Assembly (NCBI RefSeq): GCF_004010195.1
Contig: NC_057716.1
Location: 16,492,720 to 16,556,719, forward strand
Direction: 5' to 3'
Length of the DNA: 64,000 nt
DNA from: Chiloscyllium plagiosum
Lineage: Eukaryota
Under the pieces are notes generated by a model. That model worked only from the letters and a program-made list of their open reading frames with translations, ran no database searches and was not told where the DNA came from. This document shows, one piece after another, positions 23,260 through 36,338 of this stretch; position 1 is the stretch's first letter; every line of letters begins with the position of its first letter. The translations under genes and the position numbers were made by a program.

Positions 23260-26200
23260 TAGGAAAGCAGTGTCTTCAACAATGAAGCCATCATGAGAAC
23301 TGGCAGGGAGAGAGCTCCTTCAGCAATGACCCAGCTTCCAGAATTTTCCTTAATCTGAAAACTTTGCTGGGGGACCCTGCTGAACTGACGACCTGGATTT
23401 GAGAGATTGCTTCCCACCACCAACCCTGCCCCCCTCCCCCCCCTGCCGAGTGATAACTTTAAGATACACCAGTATAACGAGGCTTACTGCTGAGTCAGCC
23501 TGTGAAGTGGGCACTCAAACCTCTTGCCAGTCTGTGCTGTTCCAAGCATCCAGTCAAGGTGCGTTCAGGCACACTGTTACTGGATCCTGTGCCTCTTCAG
23601 CCAGTTAGGGAGGGGGGGTAGTTCCAAGTGTCAGTGGAGCCAATGAGTGCCGTGGGGAGTGCGTGTGCCAGGCCAGGAAAAGGTGGGAGATCAATGGCCA
23701 CAAAAGCGCAACGCCAAGGCCTCAATTCCTGAAATAGCTCCGCTCACACATGAATTTGATCCAACAAAAGGGAGATGGGAAGAGAGCACCACTGGCTTAA
23801 CCCCCTGGCAAGTGCAAGCATCCTCAGCGAAAAGGGGCAGTCAGTTTGATCATTTGCTCAAACGTTCGACCAATTTTTATTTTTGTCTCCTTTCTGGAGG
23901 CCAGATTCACCAGAATTCACTGTCGGGATTCTACAACAAAAAGAAGGATAAACCTTTGGAATGTTGGGACTGAGTGCAACTAACTTTCAAAAAGATTGCC
24001 CCACTCCCAGGAAGCCATCTGCATCGGGACAAGCCACTGGCCCTGGGGAGACTTACAGCTGGCAGGGAAATGGAGCAAATCTGGGGCTTTTGCTATAGAT
24101 GGCAGCAAAGAGGCCATGCCATCTTGCTTTCCCCCCCCCCCCCCCCACCAAAAGCAGCCGACCGCTCAGTCGGGCACTGTTTGTGGAGGCTGAGCTCACC
24201 CTGCAGTGTCCCTCTCCTCTCTGCAGCATTGTTTTCATATACAGCCAGCACTCAGGGAGCTCTGGGGAGCCCACAAATGGAAAGACTGACAGCTCCAGAA
24301 GACTCCCGTTTGTGAGAGATGCAGCAAAATAAACCAACAGCTTTAACCTCAGGAGGATCCCAACACCGTGGCTGAGAAGAGTCAATGCCTGGACTCATTC
24401 CCAACCACAACAAAACATGGACACGACACTGACCAGAGGGATTTTTGTTTTGCACTGTAATAATTACTCAGATCTTTCCCACTCTCCTTTTCAGCCAATG
24501 GGGGGGGGGGGGGGGGGAAGAGAGAGAAAGAGAGAGAAGGTAGCCACATGACACTCATAGCATTACATCATGGTTGTCATGTGCTCTAAAAGTAGTTCCC
24601 TTCAGCAAGTATATACATATTGCTCGATGCATACACAACGAAGCAAGTCCTAAAACCAGAGGTCAGTTCATTTGGCACCTTCATCCTTCTTTAGCTTATC
24701 TCCTACATCACTGCACTATGCAGTACTATCTGCAAGGTCTACCCTCCCTAACTGTGCCCTCCAACTCTTTACCACTGTACTGTACTTGTGCCGTCTAACT
24801 GCTTTCCCCAGCCTAACACTAGCAAGATGAAAGTAGCGCATAGTTCGCCCTCACCAGAAATTCTGCACCTTAGCTAGAACAAAGCTCAGAAAGGGCTGGA
24901 AATCCTCAGGCAGCAGTTGCAGAGATGAACGCAGAGTTCACTTTTCAAGTCTGTGACCGGTCACCAGAGTTGAAGACAGACAGAATTGCTGGTGTTTTAA
25001 ATAAATAAAGAGGAAGAGCGCAGGAAGAACAAAGAAAGCAAGGTCCAGGTACGGAGGATCACAATCTCAGAACGGCGATGGTGCAAGAGGCCATTCACCC
25101 CAACATGCCTGCACTGGTTCTACTATCTAGTGCCAATTCCTGCCTTTTCCCATATCCCTGCAGACAATCACTGTCCAAAATAAAACAAGCAACCTCCTCT
25201 TGAATTTAATTGCCTCAATTGAGCACTGCCTTCAGTTAGTGTGTCCCATACTCTAACTGTTGTCTCAAGAGATTCTCTCCCACATCAGGATAGGGTTAGC
25301 AAATGAGCCCCGGGCAATGCCGGTTGGATTCGGTACGTCCGTGGAGATGGGTTGGGAACACAGTAGGATGTGAAGTGAGGCCAGATCCCAGGCTTTTGCA
25401 GCCTATCATTGCATCTTCACGTAAATACATTCATTCATTGAAACACCCTTTTGACTGGGCTGAGATCACGGGAAACCTTCCACCCTTACACAAACAGCAT
25501 AAAGGGTGGGAGAGATTAAATAACAAAAATTTCACAATACAAGAGCCAAAGGGATTTGGATGTGTGAAGTAAAGGAACAAACTGCTTGTGCCCAGAGGGG
25601 GTGCGAACGGTTGGACAGCAGCACCTTATCCCCTGGTTCTGGTCCTTGATGCATTTCAGTTTGATATTGGGTTTGGTTTCCAACTTGACATCCAGCCACT
25701 GCTTAACCCTGTCCACCCATTTCCTCCTCCAGAATATCGTCTCATCTCCAATCTCCTAACCCACAAGAGGCGCACTTGCACCTTTCCTCAAGCAGTACGT
25801 TGAGATTGGAAATGACAGATTTCCACTGCAGTGTGATGGGCTGGAATTTTGATGAGTTGGCATTTCGATGAGTGAAGATGACTATGAATTACTTTTATTT
25901 TAAAATCGAATAACGCGGTCATTGCATGCTGACTTCCAGCCAGTCTTGGTAGAGTGCAGGCTTGGTCGTGATGGCGATGATGATGATAGACCAGGCTGTG
26001 CTGAGAGACATGAAACATTGTCTGCATCAGACTCCAGCCAGTACGGACACAAGGAAAGCCACCAGAGCTCAGTCACTGCCTGCTGAGGCTTTTAGATTGA
26101 GCATTCCCTGCCTCAAGGAATGGCTCCCAACGAGGAACAGACCAACCCGGAGACTCCACTGCTACCTCTCTCTGATCCCAACGTGGCTTCAAACCTCAAG

Positions 26201-26359
26201 ACTGGCTGCACCATTGCTGCCCTCTGCCCGGAATACAAACAGTCGCAAACCCAGCAATGCCTCCACAATGCAGATGACTGCGAGAAGGAAAATCTTCATC
26301 CACAATACGTCACTTTTCAGTGACGCAGCAGGTTTTTCCTTCCGAGACCTTGGACCATT

Positions 26360-27050
26360 CAGACTGTGGGAAATGGGAAAAGGAGTAGGCCGTTTGGCCC
26401 CTTGAGCCTGCTCTGCCATTCAACAGGAATATGGCGGATTTGACAACCTTCCTCCTGACCTCTTTCATGCCCTTCAGCCATAACCCTCGATTTCCCCTAT
26501 TGATCAAGAATCTATTGCAGCCTTAAATATACACAAGGACTCAGCCCCTACAGCTCTCTGTGGTAAGGACACTCAAAACCCTCTGACACTAGAAATTCCT
26601 CCTCATCTCAGTCTTAAATTGACACCCCTTTATTCTGAGACTATGCCCTCTGGTCCTAGACTCACTCATGAGGAGGGGCATCTGCTCAGCATTTATCGTG
26701 TCAAGCTTCTTAAGAATCCTTTACATTTCAATAAGATCACATCTCATCCTTCTAAACTCCAGCGAGTGGAGCCCCAACCTGTTTAGGTTGCTCATAGACA
26801 ATCCTTTCACACTAGGGATCATCTGAGTGAACCTTCTTTGAATTGCCACCAATGAAATGATATCTTTCCTTAAATAGGGGAACGAAAACTGTTCTCAGTA
26901 CTCCACATGAGGTCTCACCAGCATCTTGTACAGTTGCAGTAAGGCTTCCCTACCTTTACACTCCAACCCTCTTGAAATGAGGGCCAACGTTCCATCAGCC
27001 TTCCTGGTTACCTGCTTGCCCCTGTGCGCTAGTTTTCTTTGTTTATTGTC
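26360..27050 (-). mobile_element. CR1 3' fragment
   Basis: ggagtaggccgtttggccccttgagcctgctc tail and ctatgccctctggtcctagactc motif. Confidence 0.85.
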
Positions 27051-27245
27051 CAGGGCAGTCAGTCCATGGAACAGTTAGTTGTCATCACATGGTAAGCTCT
27101 GCCCGTCAGGATGTGAATGGCTGTTCCAAAAGGGAGGAGCTAACCAGAATTGTGTTGAGTCTTGTGGGTTCTTCATTGTCTTCACCAGAGTTGCAGAGAG
27201 CCCCTGAGCAAAGGGTCTTTGTATGAACAGCACATAGCCAGAGTA

Positions 27246-27286
27246 AATGCTGCCTGAACTGCTGTGCTCTTCCAGCACCACTAATC
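27246..27286 (+). mobile_element. 41-bp Penelope pLTR micro-insertion
   Basis: atgctgcctgaactgctgtgctcttccagcaccactaatc flanked by the exact 13-bp repeat catagccagagta (27233-27245, 27287-27299). Confidence 0.85.
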
Positions 27287-28046
27287 CATAGCCAGAGTAG
27301 TAATTGCTAGCTTAGTCTCGGGTTGAGCGTAATGTCTCACCAGGGACAAACGTTGTACGTTAAAAGTAATGTAACTAGTTACTAAGTAGTATGTAATAAA
27401 CATTTATTGTTTAATTAAGTCAGAGCCTATCCAAATAGCTGTATGTGCATCCTTTTCCACTCAGTATCAGCTGTTTGAATAATACCAGGATTAGTGGCAC
27501 CAATTCAATCCAAGATGTTTCTGGCAGAAAGCAATATTTACCACACGCAGCCATAGGCATACACCAGTGTAACACTATTCATTCATTGATAATGTAGGGC
27601 CAAAACCTTCAGCAGCTGTGAGAGTGAGAGAACTGGAAAACAAACCATTCCATACAATAGTAATCACAATACACTTAATGGAGCATTATAAAACAGTCAA
27701 TTTTCACTGCTTGTTTACACACACCATGTGATAGCACGGGTCACAATACTGCTCATAAAAATTATGCAAGACTGTTTTTCTTCGTGACAACCCTGCCAAC
27801 TTGGAAGCCTAACTGATGGCGGAGAGATTATACACAATCTAGAATGTACAAAGGCCTAGTGATCAGAAGATCCCAAGTTCAGGTCCCACAAGTGAACTGA
27901 ATTGAGCATTTCTGGGTTGCAATCAACAGAGATCCTGATGTACTATTATTAGTCAAAGACCTGATGCATCTGTGGAGGGAGAAACAGAGGCTTAGTGTTT
28001 CGAATCCTGAATGACGCCTCTCCTTCAGATGCTCAGTGCATGGGTA

Positions 28047-28144
28047 CAGAGCCCCATCAGGAGGTCAGGCCCCAGGGTGGAGCAGAGCCCCATCAGGAGG
28101 TCAGGCCCCAGGGCGGGGCAGAGCCCCATCAGGAGGTCAGCCCC
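28047..28144. repeat. 36-bp minisatellite, ~2.7 copies
   Basis: Unit cagagccccatcaggaggtcaggccccaggg(t/c)gg(a/g)g. Confidence 0.92.
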
Positions 28145-29864
28145 ACTAGTGGGTGACAGAAGAACAACAGACATCACATTTAATTAATTAAAAATACAGT
28201 ACACATTTAAAGACAAGGCTTTTTCAAGTACTTGCTGGGAAAGACAGTGCCCTTTTAAATATGAATGGCATTTGCAACATCTGTGGATTATTTTGTTTGT
28301 CTGTGTGTGTGTGTATATATACACACATATATATATATATATATATAGCACTTTATAGGCAAAGACGCCTTACCAGAAACACAGACGAAAACCGTCACAT
28401 TCTCATTAGCAAATTGGACCCTTTCAGGACGAGGCCTCAAGTGCCACGGCAGCACTTTACTGGCTCAGGCCTCCGAGTCTGCTTCTGGTTCCCAGATTAA
28501 TCCAATGCCTCAGCGTACGCTATTCAGTCTCATGAGCTGTCTCATGTGGAACGTGACACTGCACTACAAGGAACAGAGCTATTCCCAATTCACACCACTT
28601 CAGCCAGTTAACATCAGGGAAATAAAGCTCACGACAGTAACAGGAAAAGCTACTAAAATCCATCAGGTCAGGCAGCATCCATGGAGGGAACAAGTGTAGT
28701 CAAGCGAGTGGGCAAAAGGAGGGATTAGACAGTGTCTTGTCAAAGGAAACCTAGGCCCTGAATAGCAAAGCTCATTCTAGAGAAAGACCAGGATTGGGGA
28801 TGAGACTATGGGGTAGATTGTAAACTTGTTTCTTGTCAGTGAAACTGGCCGGGTTGGGTGGGGAACAGAGAGAGACAGTGACAGATAGAGAGCAAAATAA
28901 AAAGCCCACTCCAGACAGCCTTCGAAAACAATCCTGCTTAGGGTACTAACCCCTTCATTTCGAGTGGGTATCTCTTCTGACCCTTTTCCTCCCCGCATCC
29001 TGCCTTTGTGAAAATGGCTGGATGGGGCAAAACAGCTCCTGCCATGCCTCCATGTTGGTGCCCAAATGATCAGGACCAAAATCCATCTTTTGGTAAAATG
29101 GAACCAGAAATGCCACACCTCAAATTGTTCAGAAACAACCCTAAAAATAATTTCTGGGGAAAGAAAGGAGAAATCTTACTGTGACCTTTGAACCCCATGC
29201 AGCCACAATGTGTGCATAGCACCAATCTTGGATTTTTTTAGCCAATCCAAATACTCCTTTAAGCCTATCCAGGGATTAAAAAGTAAATTCCCACATCAGC
29301 AATTGGAACAGCAAGGAAGGATCAGAGAGAGAGACAGTGAGAGAGAGAGAGAGAGTGAGTGCAAGGCAGCAAGGACAGAGTGCTCACAGCTGGTGGTCCA
29401 TTTAACAAGAATAACCCATAGTTCCAGCTACAACCTCAAACATTTTCTCTATCATTGCTTTTCGTGTTCATTAAATCACAATTTTCTGATTGCTCGAGGT
29501 AACTCATCAGCATCCTGCCTCTCTCTCAGCCATGTTTCTCCCCAGGAGGGTGCCCTTCCTGCTGACAGGATAACAACGGTCGATCGCATTCTGATAGTGC
29601 ATTAAGGGGAAAGGCAACGACAGCACAGAGATTCCCCAGAGTGGATCAACATTATCAACACTCCTCGGGCAAACTCAGGCACAGACTTTACTGCGGCTGT
29701 TCGGTTGGGAATTTGAACAAAGACATGTCTTTTTCCATTCCACCACCCCGCCCCCCCCCCCCCCCCGGTTTTCCTCTGTGTCCCCACCTTACTTGAAAGA
29801 AGTTCTGGGATTGATATATCAATGAACAGAAACCAGCATATCCCATTATAAAAGATGAAAGTGT

Positions 29865-30073
29865 TAATGTAAGATTGTTTACTGTATCACATCTCCATGA
29901 CACTGGACTCCTTGGGCTATAAACTCTGAGCATGATTTTAACCTCCACAACCACCTGAAGGAGCAGCGCTCCGAAAATTAATACTTCCAAATAAACTTGT
30001 TGGACTATAAATCTGGTGTTGTGAGATTTTTAACTTTGACCACCCCAGTCCAACACTGGCACCTCCACATCAT
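29865..30073 (+). mobile_element. Penelope 3' end/pLTR (family B), hammerhead core with a 3-nt deletion
   Basis: ccacctgaaggagcagcgctccgaaa..aaataaacttgttggactata..ccccagtccaacac. Confidence 0.85.
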
Positions 30074-30713
30074 CTAACCCAAGGAAAGAAGCCAGGACAG
30101 ACAGCAAAGGCAATATCAACTGAGCCCAACGGGATCCTGAAAGGAGCTGCATTTCACTTTACAGTGAGCCCCAGCAGACTGTCTTCATCGCGGCCCACCA
30201 AGCCACTCAGAAATATGCTGGGTAAGGGCTGGACCTGTCCTGGGACCCTGTCCGTCAGTTCAACCCTGGTTCACTTCACCACCTGAAGGCGGCCTTTCAA
30301 GGGCCAGTTGTGATGGAGTATAAAAGAGTCTCAGATCACTGAGTGGCACTCAACTTGGCCTAAGGTTGAACTTCAACTCAAAGCCATTCTTTGCACTACT
30401 GATGCCTGACAAAGGCCTCGTACAAGTCACAGTTTCTGAAGGAAGTTGAAGTTGGGCAGGATGCTCCAAGATGCTGACGATGCAGCAAACAGCTTCAGCA
30501 CTCCACCGGCCTTCGCTACAAGCTGTCGAGAACCCCTGGGGCTTTTTAAAACAACGAACAAAGAGGAGCTCAGTATCAGATCCTGTCACTACCTGCTGAA
30601 ACTGAACACTCACTGTGCACACGGCAGCCTCAGTTAACAAGGAGTATCAAACTCAAAAACAATGCAGCGAAAGACAAAATGTTTCTGTTCCCACCGACAT
30701 ATATTCTAAATGT

Positions 30714-30891
30714 GGGCGGCACGGTGGCACAGTGGTTAGCAATGCTGCCTCACAGCGCCGGAGACCCGGGTTCACCCATAGTGTTAGGTAAGGGGTAAAT
30801 GTAGGGGTATGGGTGGGTTGCGCTTCAGCGGGTCGGTGTGGACTTGTTGGGCTGAAGGGCCTGTTTCCACACTATAATGTAATCTAATCTA
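30714..30891 (+). mobile_element. Internally deleted HE1-type SINE
   Basis: tRNA head fused at the B box to the 3' part; (TAATC)n tail. Confidence 0.9.
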
Positions 30892-30946
30892 TGACAACTC
30901 ACCAATCCAGAGTACCTTCCAAGTGATGCTTCAAGAACAAGAATCT

Positions 30947-31127
30947 TAGAATCCCTGCAGTGTGGAAGCAGGCCATTCAGCCCATCGAGTCCACACCCAG
31001 AGGAAACCCACTCAAACACCGGAGGAATGTGCAAACTCCACCCAGACAGTCGCTCGAGGGTGGAATCGAACCTGGGACCCTGGTTCTGTGAGGCAGCGGT
31101 GCTAACCACTGAGCCACCGTGCCACCC
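30947..31127 (-). mobile_element. Internally deleted HE1-type SINE
   Basis: Head plus part of the V-domain fused to the tail. Confidence 0.88.
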
Positions 31128-31884
31128 ATTTGGTCTCTTAAGCCCATTCCACTGTACGAAAAAGATCAAGACCAATCTGAGATTTAACTCCGCATACCCA
31201 CTTTGGCCAGGTATTTGGGGAACACACATTGTCAGACATGGTTGACTCCTAAAGCCCAAAGCTACTGATTTGGATGTGTGGCAGGTGCTGAGAAAAACAA
31301 AGAGAGAGAGAAAACCATCTTTAGCCTGATCTTCATCAATCCGCCTGCCGCACATTGTCTGCTCATGGCACCATTCGCACAAGTGACCACCAAGCAACGA
31401 GTCATTGTGGAGACCAAGTGCCATCTTTACATTGGGATACCCTCATATTGCGTGGCCTGAATGCCTCGCTGAACACGGCATATCTGGAATTCAAGCCACC
31501 CACAGGGCCTTGCGAGTCATCACTAACAGTGGAATTACATTCAACCACAATCTGTGATGTCATGGTCCAGCACAACCCCAACTCTGCAACAACCAGAGCC
31601 AGGGGATCAAATGTGGTTCAATGAAGAGTGCACAAGGGTGAATTTCTCATCGCCTCAAGGGCAATGGACAGTAAGTCAGTGAAATTCACTCCCATGAACG
31701 AGTAACCACCCTCTCTCCCTGCCAAGTGTCAACACAGACTGCCAGTTCTTGGGCAATCTCAGATCAGACATATTGCAGGTGACAGATACCACTAAAAGCA
31801 AATAAGCCACTCGCAGCTTGGCTGCGCTTAAACAACAGGGAGTCTGCTGGCCTAACATTATTAATAAGCTTTAATAAAAACACT

Positions 31885-32099
31885 AGGAGAAAGTGAGGAC
31901 TGCAGATATTGGAGAGTCAAGAGTTTAAAAAAAAAGCGTAGCAAGGGACAGCAGGTCAAGTGGCAGAGGAGCTGGAGAGTCAACGTTTTGGGCATAAAGC
32001 CTTCATCCAGAAGGTCTTATGACCGAAAGAAACATCAACTCTCCCGCTTCTTGGACACTGCCTGATCCTGCTGTGCTTTTCCAGCGCCACACTTTTCGA
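31885..32099. mobile_element. Fold-back pair of Penelope pLTR fragments (family A)
   Basis: Inverted arms; flanking repeat cttt(a/c)ataaaaacact at 31869-31884 and 32100-32115. Confidence 0.8.
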
Positions 32100-32583
32100 C
32101 TTTCATAAAAACACTGCCATTTAAGTATGCAGCTGGCAGCACGGCGTTTTGATTCTGGAGCTTGTGGCCACAGTGCTCAGTAATTCTGCCGCAAAGGCAG
32201 TGAACCAATGGTGCAGTCGGCTCCCGCACTGCTTAATGCAGGACCACATCAACTGAAGTATGGAAGGATCAGCTCCAATTCAGAGTTGGCTTCTAAACTC
32301 TGTGTAGACATGATCCCCAGCATGATACACCACATCCGCGGGAAAGGAGCTGCCAGCCTCCAGGCTAGGCCCAACACCAGAATATGTCCACGACGGGCAC
32401 TCTTTGCCCAGAACAGCTCAATTGGTGCCAACATTCACTGTTGGCGAACTGGCCAAGCCAGCCTGGGGTCTCCCAAGTGCAACAAGCCACAGCGGCATTT
32501 AAATAGGAAAACAGAGGAAAATATTAGCTCACGAGAAAGAAAATGCTCAGCAAAATAAAAACACTAAAATAAGTGACATCCAA

Positions 32584-32924
32584 TGGCATTGCCAACTCTC
32601 TGGACTGGGCTCCGGGAACTGGAAACGAAGCTCCAGGAGACTGTGCAACCCAGGAGAAGAACAAGTAAAAATGAAAAAAATTATATTTTTGTTATTCCCG
32701 GTGAAATTTCACTGTAGCAAGTGTTGAAAATGGGGAAAGGAGAGGAAAGACGGACAATTCGAGCATTTTTGAATTAGGTCAGGAGTCTAATTGCTTTCTA
32801 GTTGGTGATGGGAGGCAGTGTGTCACCAGGCTGACTATCTGGTTGACTGTAATGGCTGGAACGTAGGGTTATGTGGATGTGAAGACACCTCCTGGAATAG
32901 ATTTGATTCCAGTTGGCAAAACCT
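32584..32924. mobile_element. Possible old hAT-like MITE
   Basis: Degenerate TIR cores ttgccaac(t) and (a)gttggcaa. Confidence 0.35.
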
Positions 32925-34199
32925 GCAACCATACTTTGAAACAGGACAAGGCCCTGTGCTAACTCTGGATCGCTCGCCTACGAATATTAATGTAATCAAA
33001 CACTACCTCCTCCAACACTTCTCCCCCAACTTTGAAGCTCTTAGCAAAAACGGAAAATTTGCACACACTCAGTCAGGCAACAAGGTATCAGTCAACTGCT
33101 GCCCTCTCTCCTACTGTAGCCTAATGACCCAAAGGTGAGGACATGTGCCAGGAACTCTCAGGAAGTGCATTGTTTGAGCTGGCAGAGAGCTGATCTCTTT
33201 TTCTGACCTGCAAAAGGAAAATGCCACCATTCCTCTCTTTTTTTTTGTTTTAAAAACTGACCAAAACTTAAGCTGTCAACGCTTGGTTGCTCCACCCACT
33301 GGAAGCCTGTAAACAGACTGCTCAGTAGAAGGGACGCCCCGTGAAGAGGAAATGTTTGATAGCGAATAACTGGCCCCTCCCTTCAAATTGTAGAATTATC
33401 AGTCCGCGGATGAGATTTACATAGCTTGCATAATTCTGCACAAGCACGCATGGCTCTCCACTTCAAACAGCTTCACATAAGTTTCATGGTTAGGCTTCAT
33501 TTGTTAAACTGGGCCTCGCTGGAAATATTATTAAATACGTGCTCCCAACCATGTAAACAAATTGCTATCTGCAAGACATCAGTGGAATGGTTTTAGACTG
33601 GAGTCTCTCTCAAAACAAAAAAAAAAGACGGGGGGTTGGGGGGTGGGGAGGGAAGGAGCAGAAAGGGATGGGTTAACAGCCAGGGTCCGTGTGGAAACAT
33701 GACAACGCCAACCAGGCCTGCATGCTTCATGGTAAAATATTACAAACAACCTATTTCTTAATAAAGTCTTCACATGCGATGCCCTGGCAGGGCAAGCAGT
33801 TCTTGGCCACATCTGTCAAGTCCTGTCAGCCAAGGGTTTCATGCTGCAGCGCTCTGCTCCAAAAAAAAACTCTGAAAGACTCTTGTTTTGTTTCATCGTT
33901 GGAGCATTAACCCCGTGAGTGCCAAGGGGAGAGCGATAGGTAGGAAAACAAGAGGAGGAAGGTGAGGGCCTGAGAGTGGCTACTTGGGAAACAGAAAGGC
34001 AGTGAAGCATAAGTGTACGAGAATACCGACACCTGCCCAAAAGCTCCTGGAATGCGCAAAACGGTCTTAAGCCAAAATCCAAATCAATCTGACATTGCAA
34101 GGAGCTGAACAGGTTTGTACTGGACTGGTTTAAGTTGCTCCACTACAATAGTGACGACAACACTTCAAGGAGTATTATATTGTCTATAAATCAGCTTCC

Positions 34200-35200
34200 A
34201 TACATTCATAGGTTTTTAGTCTAGGATAGGGATCCCTTATGGAGGCAGTATGCACTGTGGCTCGGGGGCAGCACACTTGGTCCTGTGAAAGAGGTAGCTA
34301 TGGGGGTCATGCCAACTCCAAGATGTGGCTGGCATGCCAATGCAGTGCTGAGGGAGGGCTGCACAGTCATGGTGCCAACTTTCATACGCTGCATTAATCG
34401 GAGACCCTGTCGCCCACCCCCACTCCCAGACCCCCCCCCCCCTCCCTCAGATGGGTATCAAAAATTCCCATGGTCTTTATTTCAAAAAAACCTATGATTG
34501 TGCTGGTCAATATTTCTCCCTTGATCAATACCCACAAAACCAAATAACTGGTGGAGGCACAGTGGCTCAATGGCTAGCACTGCTGCCTCACAGGACCAGT
34601 GAGACAAGACTGTGTGGACTTTGCACATTCTCCCAATGTCAGCATGGGCTTCTTCCGGGTGCTCTGGTTTCCTCCCACAGTCCGAAGTTGTGCAGATTAG
34701 GTGGGTTGGCCATGCTAAATTGCCCATAGTGTCCAGGGATGTGCAGGCTAGGTGGAGCGGCCATGGGAAATGCAGAGATAGAGTAGGGGAATGGGTTTGG
34801 GTGAGATTCTCTTCGGAGGGTCGATGTGGATCCGTTTGGCTGAATGGCTCATTTCCACACAATAAGGATTCTAGAATTCTACTTTATGATTCTAAATTGC
34901 CCGTAGTGTCTCGGGATGTGTAGGCTGTAGGTTTAGACATGAGAAATGCAGAGTTATAGGGATAGGGAGGGAGGTGGGATGCTCTTCAGAGCGATGGTGT
35001 GAACCAGATGAGCCCAATGACCTGCTTCCCCACTGTGGGGATGCTCTGAATTCCAAGGTCATTTAGCTCCTTGTTGTCTGTGGATACTTGCAGCGTGCAG
35101 ATCAGCTGTGGTGCTCCCCGCATTCTAACATTGTAACTGATTGCAAAACACATGGGACGCCCCAAAGCTGTGAGAAGGCGCCACAGTAATGCAATTCCAA
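34200..35200 (+). mobile_element. DeuSINE interrupted by an HE1-type SINE (34553-34875) and a second partial HE1 (34893-35050)
   Basis: caatgcagtgctgagggagggctgcac and gctggtcaatatttctccct before the insertions; gcagatcagctg..cattctaaca after them. Confidence 0.75.
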
Positions 35201-35512
35201 CAGCTTTTAACTACAACACAAAGGGAACTTGTGGGGAAACCCTGCTTTCCAGACGCACACCTTTTTACTGAGAGGAGGACCATCCCCCTACAACCCCTTT
35301 CCGCTTGTCCTGTCTCATAGCAGACTCCTTCCAATGGCAGCTCTTTGTTCCTGTAAGTATCATTCACCCGAATCAGTGACAGCGAACATTGGCAAGTGAC
35401 TCGAGCACACACACGAGTATCATAGCCCAGCTCTCACTGTTAGCTTTCAGCACGAATCGCTGACTGGACTCTAATGAGGGAAGTCAAACACGCCTGGGTG
35501 TCATATTCCTTT

Positions 35513-35669
35513 CCACCGTTCAGGCACACTGCCTCTATTCCTGATGAAGGGCTTTTGCCCGAAATGTCGATTTCCCTGCTCCTCCGATGCTGACAGAACT
35601 GCCGTGCTTTTCCAGCGCCACTCTAATCCAGAATCTGGTTTCCTGCATCTGCAGTCCTTGTTTTTACTC
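35513..35669 (+). mobile_element. Penelope pLTR (family A) with near-intact hammerhead core
   Basis: CUGAUGA(35541)-A-GGGC-uuuu-GCCC-GAAA-UG-UC; 14-bp TSD tgtcatattccttt at 35499-35512 and 35670-35683. Confidence 0.88.
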
Positions 35670-36018
35670 TGTCATATTCCTTTTAGTCTAACCAAGTCCT
35701 TCCTAGTTTAACACAACCTGCCCAAAGTGTGGCATTGAGAACCTCTGGCCGGGAGGCACCGTGCCACGGAGAGAGATTAGGAACCCAACCTTCTCAGCGA
35801 CCCAATCGGTTTTTTGTGTTCCAAGTCACCCAAAGGCTGATGTGCTGTCCTGGACACTGAACAATGTCAGGCTATCTCTCCGAGCGGCAAGTGGATTCTC
35901 AGGTACCCCTGAAACAAAGGGGAAAGTAGCCACTTTGGAGCGCGGCGCACAGACTGAAGAGCAACATGTTCATTTACAAACTCCGGGAGTTAAACGGAAG
36001 AGTCTTGACCTTTTTTTA

Positions 36019-36338
36019 AAGATTAGATTAGATTACTTACAGTGTGGAAACAGGCCCTTTGGCCCAACAAGTCCACACCGACCCTCCGAAGAGCAACCCA
36101 CCCAGATCCATTCCCCTATGTTTACCCCTGTACCTAACACTATGGGCAATTTAGCATGGCCAATTCACCTAACCTGCACATTTTTGGACTGTGGGAGGAA
36201 ACCGGAGCACCTGGAGGAAACCCACACAGACGCGGGGAGAATGTGCAAACTCCACACAGTCAGTCACCTGAGGCGGGAATTGAACCCAGGTCTCTGGTGC
36301 TGTGAGGCAGCAGTTCTAACCACTGAGCCACCGTGCCA
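36019..36338 (-). mobile_element. HE1-type SINE, (TAATC)n-tail subfamily
   Basis: Full-length reverse-complement match. Confidence 0.93.

Noticed and set aside
28047-28144. 36-bp repeats of CRISPR-like length
   Set aside because: Contiguous tandem units without unique spacers, in a vertebrate genome with no cas genes.
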